Shown: piece by piece, positions 23,848 through 37,888 of the stretch
Layout: each line of letters starts with the position of its first letter
Numbering within the stretch: position 1 is the stretch's first letter
NCBI GenBank assembly: GCA_964234715.1
Contig: OZ174276.1
Origin: Podarcis melisellensis
Lineage: Eukaryota
DNA: 64,000 nt
Reading direction: 5' to 3' (one strand)
Notes under the pieces: generated by a model
Told to the model about the DNA's origin: nothing
What the model saw: only the letters and a program-made list of their open reading frames with translations
Database searches by the model: none
Translations under genes and position numbers: made by a program

Positions 23848-24083
23848 GATACCTGATTAGATCAATGAGGGATCTTGCATCATGTGCCATGTGGGAACCG
23901 CTGGAAGTAGGTGGGGGGGGGGCGTGAAAGAAAAAGATGGTGAAAATAGCTGCTTAGCATTTTCCTCCAGGTTGACTCTTCCCAGGTAATTTTTCCCCCT
24001 GACAAAATTAAAGTCAGCCAAGCCTGGTAACTGCATGGAAATGGCTTCTCCTTGGTCCTACAAGAACCAGATATGAAATCAGG

Positions 24084-24089
24084 AATAAA
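24084..24089 (+). terminator. Candidate proximal GLP2R poly(A) signal (alternative at 25360-25365)
   Basis: First AATAAA seen after the GLP2R stop; usage not determinable from sequence. Confidence 0.3.
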
Positions 24090-27000
24090 AGGAATAGACT
24101 GAGCACCTTGAAAGAGCCTGCTGTTTCTCTTAGGTTTCCCAACATTGACCGCCACTATTGGAGCCATCAATCTGATCCCATGGGACTGCTCTGCAGCGTC
24201 TCAGAAAGGACAACCATTGCTTAAGTGATACTGTTAAACAAGAAGCTGAATTCCAACAATGACTAAATGAACAGGATTGACATTTAGGAACGTGTGGGAT
24301 TGTATATATTTATAAGCACATTTTCCAAGCTTTGCTGTAAAAATTATGAAATGCTGAACGGACTTGTTTTTAGGGCACAGCTGCTAATGCTTCTTTTAAT
24401 ACATGTAATATACAAAGTTGTGGTTCTTTCTTCCATTATCCTTCCAACAGACCTGCAAAAGGAGTCATTATTACTTCCACTTTGCAAATTTATTTTAAAC
24501 ATCTTTATATCGCCTCTTAACAGGGAGAAAACTGATATGACTGGAGATGAAAAATCTGAGAAGCTTCAAAGTCACCAGATGGGGAAAAATGGGAGGGAAG
24601 TGGGGGCAACATTACCCAAATGCATCTATTTGTCAAAAAGCCAGACAGTGTGGTGTGATTTACAAATTTAGGATGAGTTAATGAGAGAACAAGTGAATAG
24701 GCAAGCAAGCAGAAAAGGGCCAAGCTAGAATTTGCAACCAGATCCATGTAAGATTTTTTCAATACAGCATTTTTATTTAAGAAGCAGCAGCCTGGGGAGT
24801 GAGGTGGAGGACCAAATGGGTGGTGTGCCTGCTCCTTTTACCACCAGCCATGCCTTTCCTCAGAATTCCACCAAGCTGCTTTTCTCCCCATGGAGGAGAA
24901 AATATGGGTAACCCTAGGTCCACCAGAAGCTGCTTCACACTGTCTTGAAATCACAAGCAACTGCTAAGCTATGTATCCACACAGCTCCAGGCCTGCTGTG
25001 TTACCTGTTGTCATTTTTATTTCACAAGCTGTTGATCTTACAACATGTATTTTCACAGATTTAAAAATGGGAAGCTGCCAAATTGTTTTCCTTCCTTATA
25101 TATTGTACCCACTGTGAAATCCAAAGGCTGGTTTTGTCACGTGTAATTAGTTCTTAATTTATGTGCTGCTTAATGTACAACGACTTCTAAGCAGTGTACA
25201 AGTATATTTTAAAAAAAATCAGTGATCAAATCCATACATAACTTTGAAAGGCAAGCGTTCTCTGCAATCCCGCTTGCTGAGTCTCAGGAGGTGGCCACAC
25301 CTATGGAGAACAGATGAGCCATTTTTCAATATATATATATAGATAATAATCCTGAAGTAAATAAAACTCCAGGACCTTATCAAGCAAGTTATAGATCAGT
25401 TAAAGCTATCATTCAAGAAACCTGGTTGATATACTGTCCATGTCCTTGAGAGCGATAATGTGGCTTGGTAAAATGCCATTCATTCTAGACTGTGCTTCTT
25501 GACAGTGGATTTTTTGCAGCCATTTGTGCAATTCTTCTTTTAAGACCAGTCATCTTTCAAAGTATATTTTATGGTACGTATCCAGATTTCTTGCATGAGG
25601 GTTGCTATTATTTCCTTCTAAGATGTTCTATGTTTTCAAATGTTTTGTAGGATTCCATTGACACAAAGACCCTGCCCTTTATGGCTCTTTAGCTCTTTTT
25701 AAAACAAAATTTCAGCTGGCTTAACCTGTCTTTAATGGCTCTTGCAATTCTTTCCTAGTCTCTAACAAGGTCCAGGTCTTGGTAGGGAATAACACTGTGT
25801 CATTGAATGAGATGAACCTAAAATGGCCACCCAGTTGCAAACACTGCTGGATGCAATCCAGGGAAAGTTATACTCAGAGCCTACTGAAATTAATGGAACT
25901 TATTTCCATATAATTGCACTTACACTTATGCAGCCTACATGCTAGAAAACATCAGTTCCTCTGAGACCAGCCTGAGCACTCTGGGATTCATCGCGCTGTT
26001 GACGTGCTGAATTAATGTTTACACAAAGGAAGTTGGAGAATGCCCAGCACGTCCCTGTTCCATATCATTATGCTGGTCAGACAACTCCCCAGATAATAAG
26101 CAAAACTTTTCCTTTTAGTCTATGAGGGAATGAGTGGTTTGTACACAAAGCCCTCTGGCACACAGCTTTTGTAAGAACACATTAAATAGGCAGGCAGTAA
26201 TATTACCCAATGGACTATTACTTATTACTCTGTGTAGACATGAAGATTGCAATGCGCTTTAATTATCACCTGAGAGAGACAGAAAAGGTAAAGATGGAAT
26301 CAATTCTTATGTTAAGATGAAAACAATGAAACCAAGAAAGTTTTTCTGTACATCCAAGGGGTGGAAACTTTATTTTGTAAAAATGAAAGTTGAATGCCAA
26401 GTTCTGTATCAGGTCGATACAGTTTATGACTTCAAAACAACCTTATGGATTTAGGCCTGGTTCACATGTTACATTAAGCCAAGTCATGGTTTAGCATGAA
26501 TGTGCAAGCATAAAGTCTCCCAGAAAAGAGATTGCAACCACTTTGCTCCTCTCTGCTCATTTTGCTGATGAACCATGCTAATGACGATGTGGCGTTGTAC
26601 TAACCTGGTCCAATGGTTTAGCTCTCTTCAAACTAATCATGACTGCTAAGCTTATTAAGGAATCTTTGGTGAGAGGAACTTACCAAAAACTTTTTAAAAG
26701 TCTAAGTGCACAATTTATACCAGGCACTTGTATAAATATACCAAAGTCTTGAAGAATTTTAAAACGTTTGTGAGACAGGACTTACTTTGGTGAGGCCGTG
26801 TTGATTCTTCTTCAGCAAGACTTCCTATTCTATTTGCTTGATGATTTTATATTGAATCATGCTTCCCACCAGTTTTCCTCAAACAGATGTAAGCTAAGAG
26901 CTTTAAATTACCTGGAAACCTTTTAAAAATTGGTGTTACATTGGCTACTGCCCATTCTTCTATTACGGATGCTAATGCAAGTTACTTATTTTTTTTAGAA

Positions 27001-27539
27001 GATAGTTCTCTCAAATATATATATAAAAAGATTTTATCTTCACAGCCTCTTATATATGCCTTTTACCATTTTCTTTTACATAACCAAAACCAACAGGGAC
27101 TTTAAAAGTAAACAATGCCTCCAGGCATTGTTTTTGGAGGTATTTTGTGTGGGGTTTTGGAAACTGTGGAGGCAGAGGTGAGACAGTTGCCCACCTTTAG
27201 GGAAAGTAATAAGATAGCATTAGAAGGGTTTAGCTATTCAGTTACAGGCTGTAGCACCAGATTATTATCTTGTAGAATATTGAAACATAATCCATAGAAG
27301 GGAATAATACGAGAACTGGACTCAGGGTCACTGACCTCACAGGTCTGATTAGAGGGGTTTTCTGTATGAATTGTCAAATCAATGTATAAATTAAAACACG
27401 TGGAATTGTTTTTGAAAGGGAGATCATTATTTGAAAAGTAGACAGCAGATGCAGAAGATGAAAAGGAAACTGACAAAACCGTGCCAGTCTGATTAGAATG
27501 TAGAATACGTGATTGCTGGGATAAAGGGAAAGTGTATTA

Positions 27540-28290
27540 TTTTGATACAAGCATTTTACAATGTCCCTCATCAAGGCTCCTGAGTATGCTTAGTAGTCAT
27601 AGAATAAAAGTATGAGGTTTCTTATGGGTTAGTAATTGGCTAAAGAACGGAAGGCAGGAGCAGATGGGCAGTTCTCAATGAAGGCAAGAAAACAATAGCT
27701 GATTATCAGTACTGTATCTGGCAGGGCCAGCCCAATACTTTTTGGCACATGAGGCAAAACCCAAAATGGCGTCCCTCCTTGGAAGAAGGGGCGATTGCAG
27801 ATCTACATCAGGAACAAGGGGGAAATAAAGATCAATGTGGGATCGGCTGCCGCTGGCGACCCTGCTGCTGCCCCGCAGCTGCCCCTATCTGGTGCTATTC
27901 AGTTTGCTCATAAACAAGTCTGTGATGACTAGGGAGAAAGTTAAGGATGACATCAAATTATTCAGGATGGGGGAAACCAAAGCAGACTACAAAAGGCTCC
28001 AAGAGGGACTTTCCAAACTAGGTAAATGTAGGGGCAGGAGGCAAATAAGATTTAATGCAAACAAGTTTCAAAGATGGGTAAAATGAGCTGACACAATAAA
28101 ATTGATTAGCAAAAAAATCAAGACAAGCAAAAGGAAGTACACAATGTAAAGTTCATCTATGGCGTTCACTGCTATGAGATGGGATGGCAAGCAGCTTAGA
28201 TGGCTTTAAAAGAGATTAGACAAATTCACAGAGACCAAGGCTATCAATGTCTGACAGTCATGCTGGCTAAGTGGAACATCCATCTTCAGC
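27540..28290 (+). mobile_element. Degenerate CR1 LINE (RT C-terminus and 3' end) interrupted by a short insertion
   Basis: DDIKLFRM...LQEGLSKLG...IRFNANK, VPHQGLLS-like segment, and CR1 3' motif GATGGCTTTAAAAGAGATTAGACAAATTC. Confidence 0.8.
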
Positions 28291-28342
28291 AGCACTGCGG
28301 CATGTCATAAAATGTTAGTTGTTGGGGGAGGAAGGCAACTCT

Positions 28343-28356
28343 CTTTCTCCCTCTCC

Positions 28357-28388
<32 letters not shown>

Positions 28389-28418
28389 ATGTGTGTATGT
28401 GTGTGTATGTGTGTGTGT
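28343..28418. repeat. Compound (CT)n(GT)n microsatellite
   Basis: Seen directly. Confidence 0.95.
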
Positions 28419-30898
28419 TGTGGGCCTGAGGGAGGCATCTGCTTGGTCACAGAGTGAAACAGGTGCTGTAATATGGGACTCAGAAAACGGGTATCTTCCA
28501 ACTCTCATCAGCTGCAGCCACTATAGGGAGCTGTAGTCCAATAATTGGGGGGAGGCAGATCCCCTGCTCCTGCTGTACTAGATAGATGATTGTGCTGATT
28601 CCATAGGGACTGGGGTTGAAGTCCAACAATCTGCAGAGGGTCACAAGTTCCACACTGCTACTTTAGCAGAAGCTGTTAGACACTCTGGCGAGCTGAATTT
28701 TTGCTTTCTCATGCATCTGTAATATTTCCCTGTTTATTGGGAGGGGTTGGAGTTGGGGAATCAAGTGACCTTATATAATCAAATCCAAGAGGCCAGGTGA
28801 AAATAATATTTTGGGCTACTTCAACTGATTGCAGACTGTACGGTAGAAAAAACTGCAACTGTATAAATCAGCAGTTTTAATCTTCGCAACTGCTGTTATT
28901 TATCCATGAACTAGACTGATGATGTTTATCTTGTTAGAGCGAGGGCTCTACCTATCCAAATCAAACAACCATCCATCTCATTCATTTTTCAAGAAAATAA
29001 AATGGTGCACTCATTTTTCTTTATATCATCCCATAGCAGATATATCCTTTAAGGAAACAGGTACAAAACCAGCACATAACAGCCTCATTTTGCATTCTAT
29101 GTATTTTAGGGTGTCCTCTTTACTCTGACTCATGGACAATCTGCACCAAGAACACTTTAGGTCTTTAAAATTGCTCTTTACTACTCAGAGCAAGAATAAT
29201 AAAGGGGGGGGGACAACCTTGATTTTATTTGCTTTGCATATCACCTGCAAGACTTCACAAAAGATGAATTTCCCACATGGAAGTGACTTCTGTATAGAAA
29301 ATTGCATGAAGTGTCATATACTGTGTCATACAGGTCTTCACACAATGACCTTTATGAAACAGCACCATGGTCTCATGGAATGCAGCCCATTTTACAGCCC
29401 CAGATCCACCCAACTCTGGTGCCTTTCTGTGATGTATGTAACTCTTCCAAGAGCATATGCTATCATAGGATACCACCAAAAAGGACTTCCATGGCAGGCC
29501 AAGTGACATAACTGAATCCATGTAAGTAAAGCTATCAAAGATACCAAATATGATACCTAAGGTAAAAGCTTTCCCATGCAACATATTACCGGTACTTCAG
29601 AAAACTATTTATTATTGTTATTTGTATTATTAACTGTAAAAACACTTGCAAAACAAAGTGCTGTAAAATAAAAGATAATTCCTGCATAAAACTGAAATAT
29701 CACGCAAATTCTAAATTTTGTACAAATTCAGGATTTGAAAATTTCCTAGAGCCAACTGATGGCTCGGGAACCATTCTGCAAACCATATTCACATTTTTTA
29801 AAAAGTTCTACTTGATTGTAGTAATCAACAATCTTCTAAGCAGATACCAACAGAGTCTGATGACTTTTACTGCCTAGATTGATTAATTCAGACTGCAAAG
29901 ATAAAAAATCAGCACATAAAACTGAAAATTGACTCATTTTGTGCTCTATGTAACCTCAGGGATCTCCTCATATGAACCAGCCTGGACCATGTGGCTGCAT
30001 CTGAAGGGACATAGTATTTTATCTTTGACTGGGACATAGTCTCTAGGATGTTTTGGCACCTCAAGTCTAGCATTGCTATGAGGCTGCTACAATCAACATG
30101 AGGTCACCAAGGCCAAACAAGTAAACAAATTATACTAGAAGGAGTAATTTAGGCATCCTTCCACAAACAATTCCTTAAAAGTAAGAGGCATAATTTATCT
30201 CCAATGCCAAAATCAAGTCATGGATCTGTAAACAGAGTTACAATTTATACTGAATCTTCAGAAGATGGAGCATTTGGTTTGCAAAGTTAGAAAACAGGGC
30301 ACAAATAGTCAAACTGAAGTTAGAAGTGCATACCTTAAATGACATGCATGGAAAAAGTAAAATTATTACAAACAGAAAGAAGTGTTGTCTAATTCCACAG
30401 GAATCTGCAACTTTGGTATAAACATACTGAAAGGGCTGTTTTTAAAGAAATATAAAAGCTGTCCCAGTGTACAACAGTAAATGAAAGAAGGTTTTACTCG
30501 GTACTGGTGAGGGTGAGAAGAGAATTTGTAATTACAGTACTTCTAGTAATGCCATATATCGAGGATGATTCAAACTGGAGAACATGAATGCAGAAGAGTA
30601 ATACTTTAGACATGTTTTGAATTCTCCTTTGTAACACTCAGAAGAGAAGCAGAGCAACCCAATATTGCAATTGCTAAAATTATCTACCTCAGGTTATTGG
30701 AAGCTTCTGGAAACATCTGTGTAGCAAATGTTTGCTGGTTGCTCTGATGTAGCAGCAGCTCTATGTACAATTGCCTGGGGTCCTAGAAGCAGCCAGTGGA
30801 TCTCTGGGCTCCTCAGAAAGTTTGAACCATGGGCCAGTGCCCCACTTGTCCCCACCCCACCCCCGCCGGCCTATACTCTAGTTCTAAATCTAGTTCTA

Positions 30899-30944
30899 GT
30901 TCTAAATCAGTATCTGTGACTGTTCTAAATCAGTATCTGTGACT
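30899..30944. repeat. Perfect 23-bp tandem duplication GTTCTAAATCAGTATCTGTGACT x2
   Basis: Seen directly; preceded by CTAGTT-type partial repeats. Confidence 0.9.
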
Positions 30945-31456
30945 GACCTTCAACCGTCCCAGTTCCAGTGTGGCAAATTAAGCTGCTCTTTGTCATCCTG
31001 CCTTTTTAGCTGAGCAGTTTAATAGCAAATCCTATCAGGAAGCTGTGGATGGCTTTCTGCACCTTAGGGACCAGTCTTCCCCTAGTAAATGTCTCCTACC
31101 CAGCCATATCCTCAATTAGAATTCACCACATGAGTCTTGGCCATTGCAAAATGAGTTCTCCGTCCCCTGCTGTTGAACACTATTTAATGTGAATCGTGGT
31201 CACTACATGATGGCCCCCAACTGACACTGTGAATTGTAACAGACAATGAAGCCACTGTCAGGGTACCAATCCCCTCAGCAAATATAATAATCGGAAGAGC
31301 AATTACTCCCACTTTTTGAAGGGCAGAAGACTCCTTCTTCAGACTCTGTTTGAGAGAATATTTGACAAAACGCAAAGGCTGCTAAGGAATTTACTTCAGA
31401 ATTGCCAGTTTGGAATAATTGGCTGTAAGCCGGAGGAAGTCTTGCGTGTACGCATA

Positions 31457-31482
31457 GACACAGACAGACAGACAAACACACA

Positions 31483-31520
<38 letters not shown>
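31457..31520. repeat. Compound (CAGA)n(CA)n(GA)n microsatellite
   Basis: Seen directly. Confidence 0.95.
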
Positions 31521-32899
31521 TACTTCTTACCTTACATCCTTTTCTCACTGCAACTTCATAATCCATTTAATTTCAAGATGATACTCTACAGAAGCACAGC
31601 TGCTGTGTTCTTTACTGATTTGCTGCCTTGTTATTATTATTATTGTTATTAGTATTAAAATTTGTATACTGTCCTATACCTGCAGGTCTCACAGTGGTTG
31701 CAACATAAAAACAGGATATGAAAACACAAAATACATAATAAAAACAAAAACTACCCAGTCCAAGAAATGTCATTCTTATTTATTTTTAAAACTTAAAACT
31801 ATATTTATTATTTGTAAAACTCAGCAAGGAGGCAGATGGTGGCAAAACTATAATATGATGACTCTACTGGTCATTGGCTCTGGTTCCACTTACTGTCGGT
31901 CTTCATGCTTTCCACCCGACCAGTGAATACCACTGTTTCTATGAGTAACAACTCATGTCTGAGGCAACAATCTACCCTTAAGAACTTCTGAGGTAAAGCA
32001 GAACAAGAATATCCTCTGCTCAGCCAGTCCTTGCCTTCCTGGTTGCTCTAGAAACTGCACTAGTTAAAACCTACTCACAGGGCTGGTAGCAGTTTTTATC
32101 CACCCCCCACCCCTCGAAGAAACCCTAATACATTGTTAACCAGGTGGGACTATGGAATGCCTACTAAAATACCCAAAATATAGATGAACTACTAGGCAAT
32201 GTGTACATCAAGTATAGGTGGGTTTTGCAGATGACACTGTAATGTGAAATGACACTGAAACATGTTTCTATGTGACAGGAAAAGGAAGTTTTCTTTACCA
32301 TGGATTTCTGTTTTCTGTACAATAGTTCTCAACGCTGGGGTGGCGCCTTCCCTTGGAGCATTATAGGCAGGGTCAAGTTTTGATGAACAAAGACGCCTTT
32401 GCAAGGAAACAGCAGTCACTTTTTAAGGTGCCAGAGATTTCAGACCAATGGCTGTCTTTCCTTGGAGGTCTTTTTTAACCGAAGTTGGATGGCCATTTGA
32501 CAGGGATTCTTTAGCTGTGATTCCTGCACTGACATATTGGGGACCTGAGTGAAATAAAGCCTGCCTTTAGGTTCCTTCCAACTCTGTAACTCTATGATTC
32601 TATGACTCAACATCTTATTTTGTGACACCACTGGGTCAGCGTAACAGAAAAAAAGGAGCTGATAGCATGCTTTCTGCTGTGTTGCAGTGTCACCACGGAA
32701 GATGGTTAAGGGGTATTGTTATAGCAATTGACTCAATAGGGTCCAAGAGGGTGAGCCTGTTCCTATTCATTGAAATTCTGCCTCCTTGCATCCCGATGCA
32801 TGTTAATCCTTTTCTATGTACGGATGTACGCATGCACATAATCATGTGGATTAATTCGAGTGTGGTCACAGAAATCCTGCTGCTTATTAGTGAAAATAA

Positions 32900-32945
32900 C
32901 AGTTCAGTAACACAGCATTTAATGGACTGTACAGTTTATTTTACA
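32900..32945 (-). terminator. Candidate distal GAS7 polyadenylation signal
   Basis: - strand reads TGTAAAATAAACTGTACAGTCCATTAAATGCTGTGTT: AATAAA (32940-32935) plus ATTAAA (32923-32918), several upstream TGTA elements and a GU/U-rich downstream tract. Confidence 0.65.
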
Positions 32946-35900
32946 TGAGATGAGACAAAGCTTTTCAAGTGCATAATACAAACTTGCTAAAATAGAGGAA
33001 AGTACAAAGTTTATGGAAATGTTTGTACATAAGACGGGGGAAAATGTATAGCAAATACCTTCAACATTTAAGGGCTAGATCTGTAAATGGGGTAAATCAG
33101 TGCAACTCCAGTGATATTAACATTTAGGAGACATACCTGAACTGACAACAAGGCCCTTAAATTTTAACGAGTATTTATTTACCTCTTCAGCTGCAGTGTT
33201 TTAGTCATACAATTGCATGGGACGAAAAAGCCACATTAACAGTTTTCACAATGATTAAAGGCTCATTGCTGTTATTGATACACAGAGCTTACAGTAGAAT
33301 TAAGTTTTTAAATGTCTAGTCAGCCCAAAAATCTGCAGCTAAGTATTATTACAAAGTTCAAAGCCATTACTGCTGGTAGAGGAAACATTTGACTGTAAAA
33401 ATTTAGAAAGTGTTTAGTAAAAGGTACAGGATAAAAAGACGAGATAAGCAATGCCATTTTTAAAAATCTCTTTTTAAAAAAAAAAACTGTTTTGGGGAGA
33501 GCTAGTTGCTGGCCAGATCTGCCCTCCAAATCTATTATATCTGCAAAACTGAATTGTGCACTTTCAATTTACTCATGGGTGGTAAAAAGAAATACATTGT
33601 GAATTTGCTTATCCATATAGCCTGTGATAAGCCTACAGTGTTTGGAAACACAAGTTTTGATAACAGGGAGTGTTGCTTTCATAAGGCTACTCTGACATGG
33701 GAGACACACAGTGAATTCAGATTCACTGGGAAAATAGACAACCAAATACAGGTAACAGAAATTTCAGTGTACACCAATTTGGGAAAGGAACACAAGGATA
33801 TATTTGCCAGAAATCAAAGTCAACAATCACAGTTAAGGATGTTTAAGGCTGCAATCCTATGCACATATCTTGGGAAAGCTTCCTTCTGAGTAAACATGCA
33901 TAAACTGCAAGCTCCATTGATTGCAACCAATTCACTTTGCTATTCATTAGATTGTAGCCACCTTCACTTCCTTGCTCTGCAATAAACATTATTGCTACTA
34001 CATAGATATGATGAATTGGGTACTCAAACACTGAAGTTAGTCTTGAGTTTTTCTGCTAACCGTATTCAATGCACATTAGGGTCAACCGATTTAAAAATAT
34101 TGACAGAGTGAAATTACTACTGTCTACAAACCCCAAACATCCAAAAGGTTCATTACAATTTCCATTAAAAGCATCCTCTTCACTTGCAATGCTTATGTAA
34201 CAGAACCACTAGAGAAGAACATCGGTTTGAAACAAATGCTGCCAAACTTGGAATCGGTCTGCTTAGATGTTACTGGGCACTCGCTCAAAACTTGGCACAA
34301 CCTAGGGCAAAAAAGGCCCTGCACCACTTTTTCAAGGAGTGTTATGTGATTTTCCACTAGCATTAATACCGTAAAAAAATCTATATTAAAAGTGGACTAT
34401 ATTAAGAGTGGACTATGAGCTCAGAACTGTAAAATCTAATAATCTGAGGTGGATTTGTAATCTCTAAAATATTATTTTGCTGTTGTTTATTCAAAATGCT
34501 CAAACTGGTTGTGCTTTAGACTTACAGCAAGATCTTGCTGGAGTTTGCTTGTGATAAGAGCAGCAAAGGAAAATAACACACACACACACCCCAAAAATAT
34601 CCCACATTGAGTATTTGAACACAACTGAAAATATGTCTGTTCTTCACATCCCTTCTAGATTAAAACCAATCTTATCCAAAATATTTCAACTTAATATAAG
34701 TTGGGGGGGGGGTTCTATTTCTCTTCATTTCCAATTCTCTATGCTTCCAAAACATTGGCCTTCCTGCCGCCGCCCCCTCCAAATAAGGTTCTTCTTAATT
34801 TTTTTTATTTTTACATGGTCCAAACGTTAGAATAAGAGCATTTAGCTAGATTTCAATAGTATTTGGCACTGTGGAGTGCATAAGGACTAAGAAAGTATCA
34901 GCAAGATCCGTATCTTGCTGAAATCAATGGCATACCATTGGTTTTCTGGATCACACCATAAATAAACCAAGACAGCTGAGCAGAGAACATATCAAAGAAA
35001 GGAGCCACCATATCACAATGAATTATGTAGAATACACAGCAGAGGCTCAAGACAGGCTTGCTGTAAAGTAAATTTCCAAGCACTTAAAAAAAAATTGTAG
35101 TTACCTAAATCGACTTTTTCAAAAAGTATCTGTACCAATCCTGATAGCAGGTGGAGGGTTTTCAGGAGGCGTAGGGACAAAACCCCAACTTGGAAATCTG
35201 ACAAAAATTGTTGTCTGAAATTAGACCACAGCGAAGTATTCTGAAGCATGTATGAGTGGGCACAGAATGAATGGACATCAAACTAAACATCAGGAAGACT
35301 CACTGCCATGTAAGTTGAAGTCCCAGTCATATGGGAATGTCAAGTTTTGGGGTGCAGTGTTCTTTGTTTCATACCAATTATGGGATAAAAGAACTATTGT
35401 CTTGCTCCGCAATGAACAAAGGCCGCAAGATTCTCAAAACATCACCTTAACAGACGTACACAACCATCAGTTCTACAAACACATTGGTTGACTTGCTTAT
35501 ACGAAAAGTGAAGGAAACAAGAGTCACACAAAAGTCAAGCAGGAGAACCCCATGCAAGATCAGCAAAATGTAAAATACATGCAGTGCCACCTCCAGGCAC
35601 AGTGTATGGTTACATAATGCTAAATGTGAGCGTGTACACTAGTCAAATTGCTGGGAACCTTTTAAGTTTTTGCCTGCCAAATGCAACTGCATGCTATGCC
35701 TTTGAGGTTAAAAAAAAATCCACTGTAACACATCTTAAGTTACTAGGTATTGTGATTTACGGACAAGATCTGAGAGACAACACCTTTGGTGCAAGTACTG
35801 ATAGAGCACAATCAGTTCCGAGTTCATGCAACCAACGAATGTTCACTGTTGGAGACATACTGAGCTCAAGATATTGGACTGGACAAAGTCTACTTATTTA

Positions 35901-37596
35901 CACTATTCACATATCTTTATCCACATTATATACACAAGTACTGACACTCCTAAATCAAGGCCATATCTGCACTACAGATTTCACCCTCTCTGACAGTCGT
36001 CATTTGCTCTTCCTAGGTAAGCCTGGGAACTGTACTTCTGAGGTGACGACTAGATATAGCTCTAACAGAGAATTCGCCATAATTTCACCCAACTATATTT
36101 TCCTGGACTCTTTGGAAGAAAATATCACTTTTAAACTAGCACGACAAAATCACTATTAGTTTCTAATGGAAATATGTACCATGTGTAGAAGCTTCCCACT
36201 CAACACTTCCCAATGAGGGATTATTTTAGATGCTTGATCCCACCTCCACAACTGTTGTTGCAGCTATAGGGACGAAAATCCTTGCAAGATGCGTATTTTG
36301 TTATTTCTCTGCTTGATAACAAATCTGGGGCATCATGGATACATCTGTGCTACACTTCCCTATGCCCCACTGTATCGTATAGTAATAGCCTAGTCAGCCT
36401 CTAAATTCTATAGGTCTGCTGAATTAATTTGTAAGCAAAAAAAGGGGGGGAGGGAATCAAAAGGGAGCTTATGATCAGCAACTGCCAAACAAACTTAGAT
36501 CAGTTATCAGTATCCCGAGTGTCTCATGCCATGTAGCTGTGCAAGCTAAATCTACACAAAGTTTTAAGAATCATTTTGCCCGCCGCTCCTTTCAAAATGG
36601 TCGCCTGCTCATTTCATCAGATGTTCTTTCGTCCTTGTATTCTCAGGCTCGTGCCCTGTCACATTTCCCCCTACTCCCACCTTTTAAAGATGGAAATGTA
36701 AGCCCTTTTGTGCTCATAGCCATCCTTACGATGGCACTTCTGTGCTGTTTTCACATCAGAGCCTGGCTAATAATGGAACACTGGATCAGAATGCAGCTGT
36801 GAAGGCAGCCTAAGTAGCATTGCTAAGCAAAGCCTAGAACAAGCCTGCATTGTCTGTGACAGAAAATAGCAGAAAAAATTTGCTTTCCCTTCCCATTTCA
36901 CACTATACAGAGGCAGGGCAGCTGGCAAAATTCTGAACTGGATGTAGGAAAAACAGAACAACAGATGTATGAGAAGGAATTCAGAATTTTAATAGTGACT
37001 TCATCCCTGCTGTAGGGGAGGGAAGGGGGTGGGGAAATCAAAAATAGAAGGATGACTGTAGAGAACTTGAGCTTCTCCACAGTTCACAAAATTGAGCTTA
37101 TGGACGATATACTCTGAAAGCATACAGAATAGTCCTGAATGCCTAAAAACACCAGGGCAGCCATTGAAGCAGGGATTTAGCAGGTCTTGCTTAGGAGGCC
37201 TTGTATTTATGAAAACATTGCAACCTTAATAAAACAATAATACTATGGAGTAAGCCCTACTTTACAAAGGGCTTACTTCTGAGTAAATGCATAGATTTGT
37301 TCTGTAAAAGATTACATCTAGCAGCGAGAGTAAAGCTATGTCTTAGGAACAGGTGGCATACAAAACTGGTATGTCCCTGAATAAAGTCAATGAGATTCTA
37401 CAACAATTATGAAGAGACAGGTGCCCCAGCAGAACAAAGGGTGTGTGTGAAATATAGCAGCAGCAGATGGCTACACAATGATGTCTGGCATGGAAGACAA
37501 GCACTGTGCTTAGGTTTTATTCATAAACTATGGATCATCTTTTAACTTACTGGGCTGTATTCAATTACAGCATCCCACCAGATCAAGGATTTCCAG

Positions 37597-37888
37597 ATCA
37601 GCTTGCCAGTTGGAACAATCCCCCCTCCCACCGTGTTGTTCTGGGGGACCCTCCTGCCTCCCAAGAACCAAATTTTTGGGGGTGCAGGAGGAGGAGATGG
37701 GGGGGGGAGTCCTGCTGTAAAGGCAGGGCTTCTATTGATAGGGTTTATTAAATGAATCCCACCCATTCAGAGTAAGTGGCTTGTGGACTACAGTCAGTGA
37801 GTACCTGAGAGGGTATATAAAAAAGGACCAAGCCTTTCGTTAGGTCACTAGACCTATTACCTCATTTCCTTTTGTACTGAAAAACACA
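37597..37888 (+). repeat. ~300-bp direct repeat, copy 1 (copy 2 at 41070-41374)
   Basis: Long stretches of identity including ~120 bp of non-MITE flank. Confidence 0.92.

Noticed and set aside
26781-26880. Strong - strand donor (AAA|gtaagt) suggesting an exon in the intergenic gap
   Set aside because: No matching acceptor, frame or protein similarity found
30690-30760. Faint resemblance to recoverin exon 1 on - strand (YTDVSRSF vs YAQHVFRSF)
   Set aside because: Too short, needs several gaps, flanks do not extend and it abuts repeat-like DNA; not distinguishable from chance without an alignment score
30878-30945. Short direct repeats resembling a CRISPR-like array
   Set aside because: Eukaryotic DNA, only two units and no spacers; ordinary slippage duplication (similar ones at ~50960-50988 and ~51750-51790)
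35584-36159. Longest ORF in the track (191 aa, + strand)
   Set aside because: Non-ATG start, no recognisable domain or splice context, antisense within the predicted GAS7 3'UTR; expected by chance
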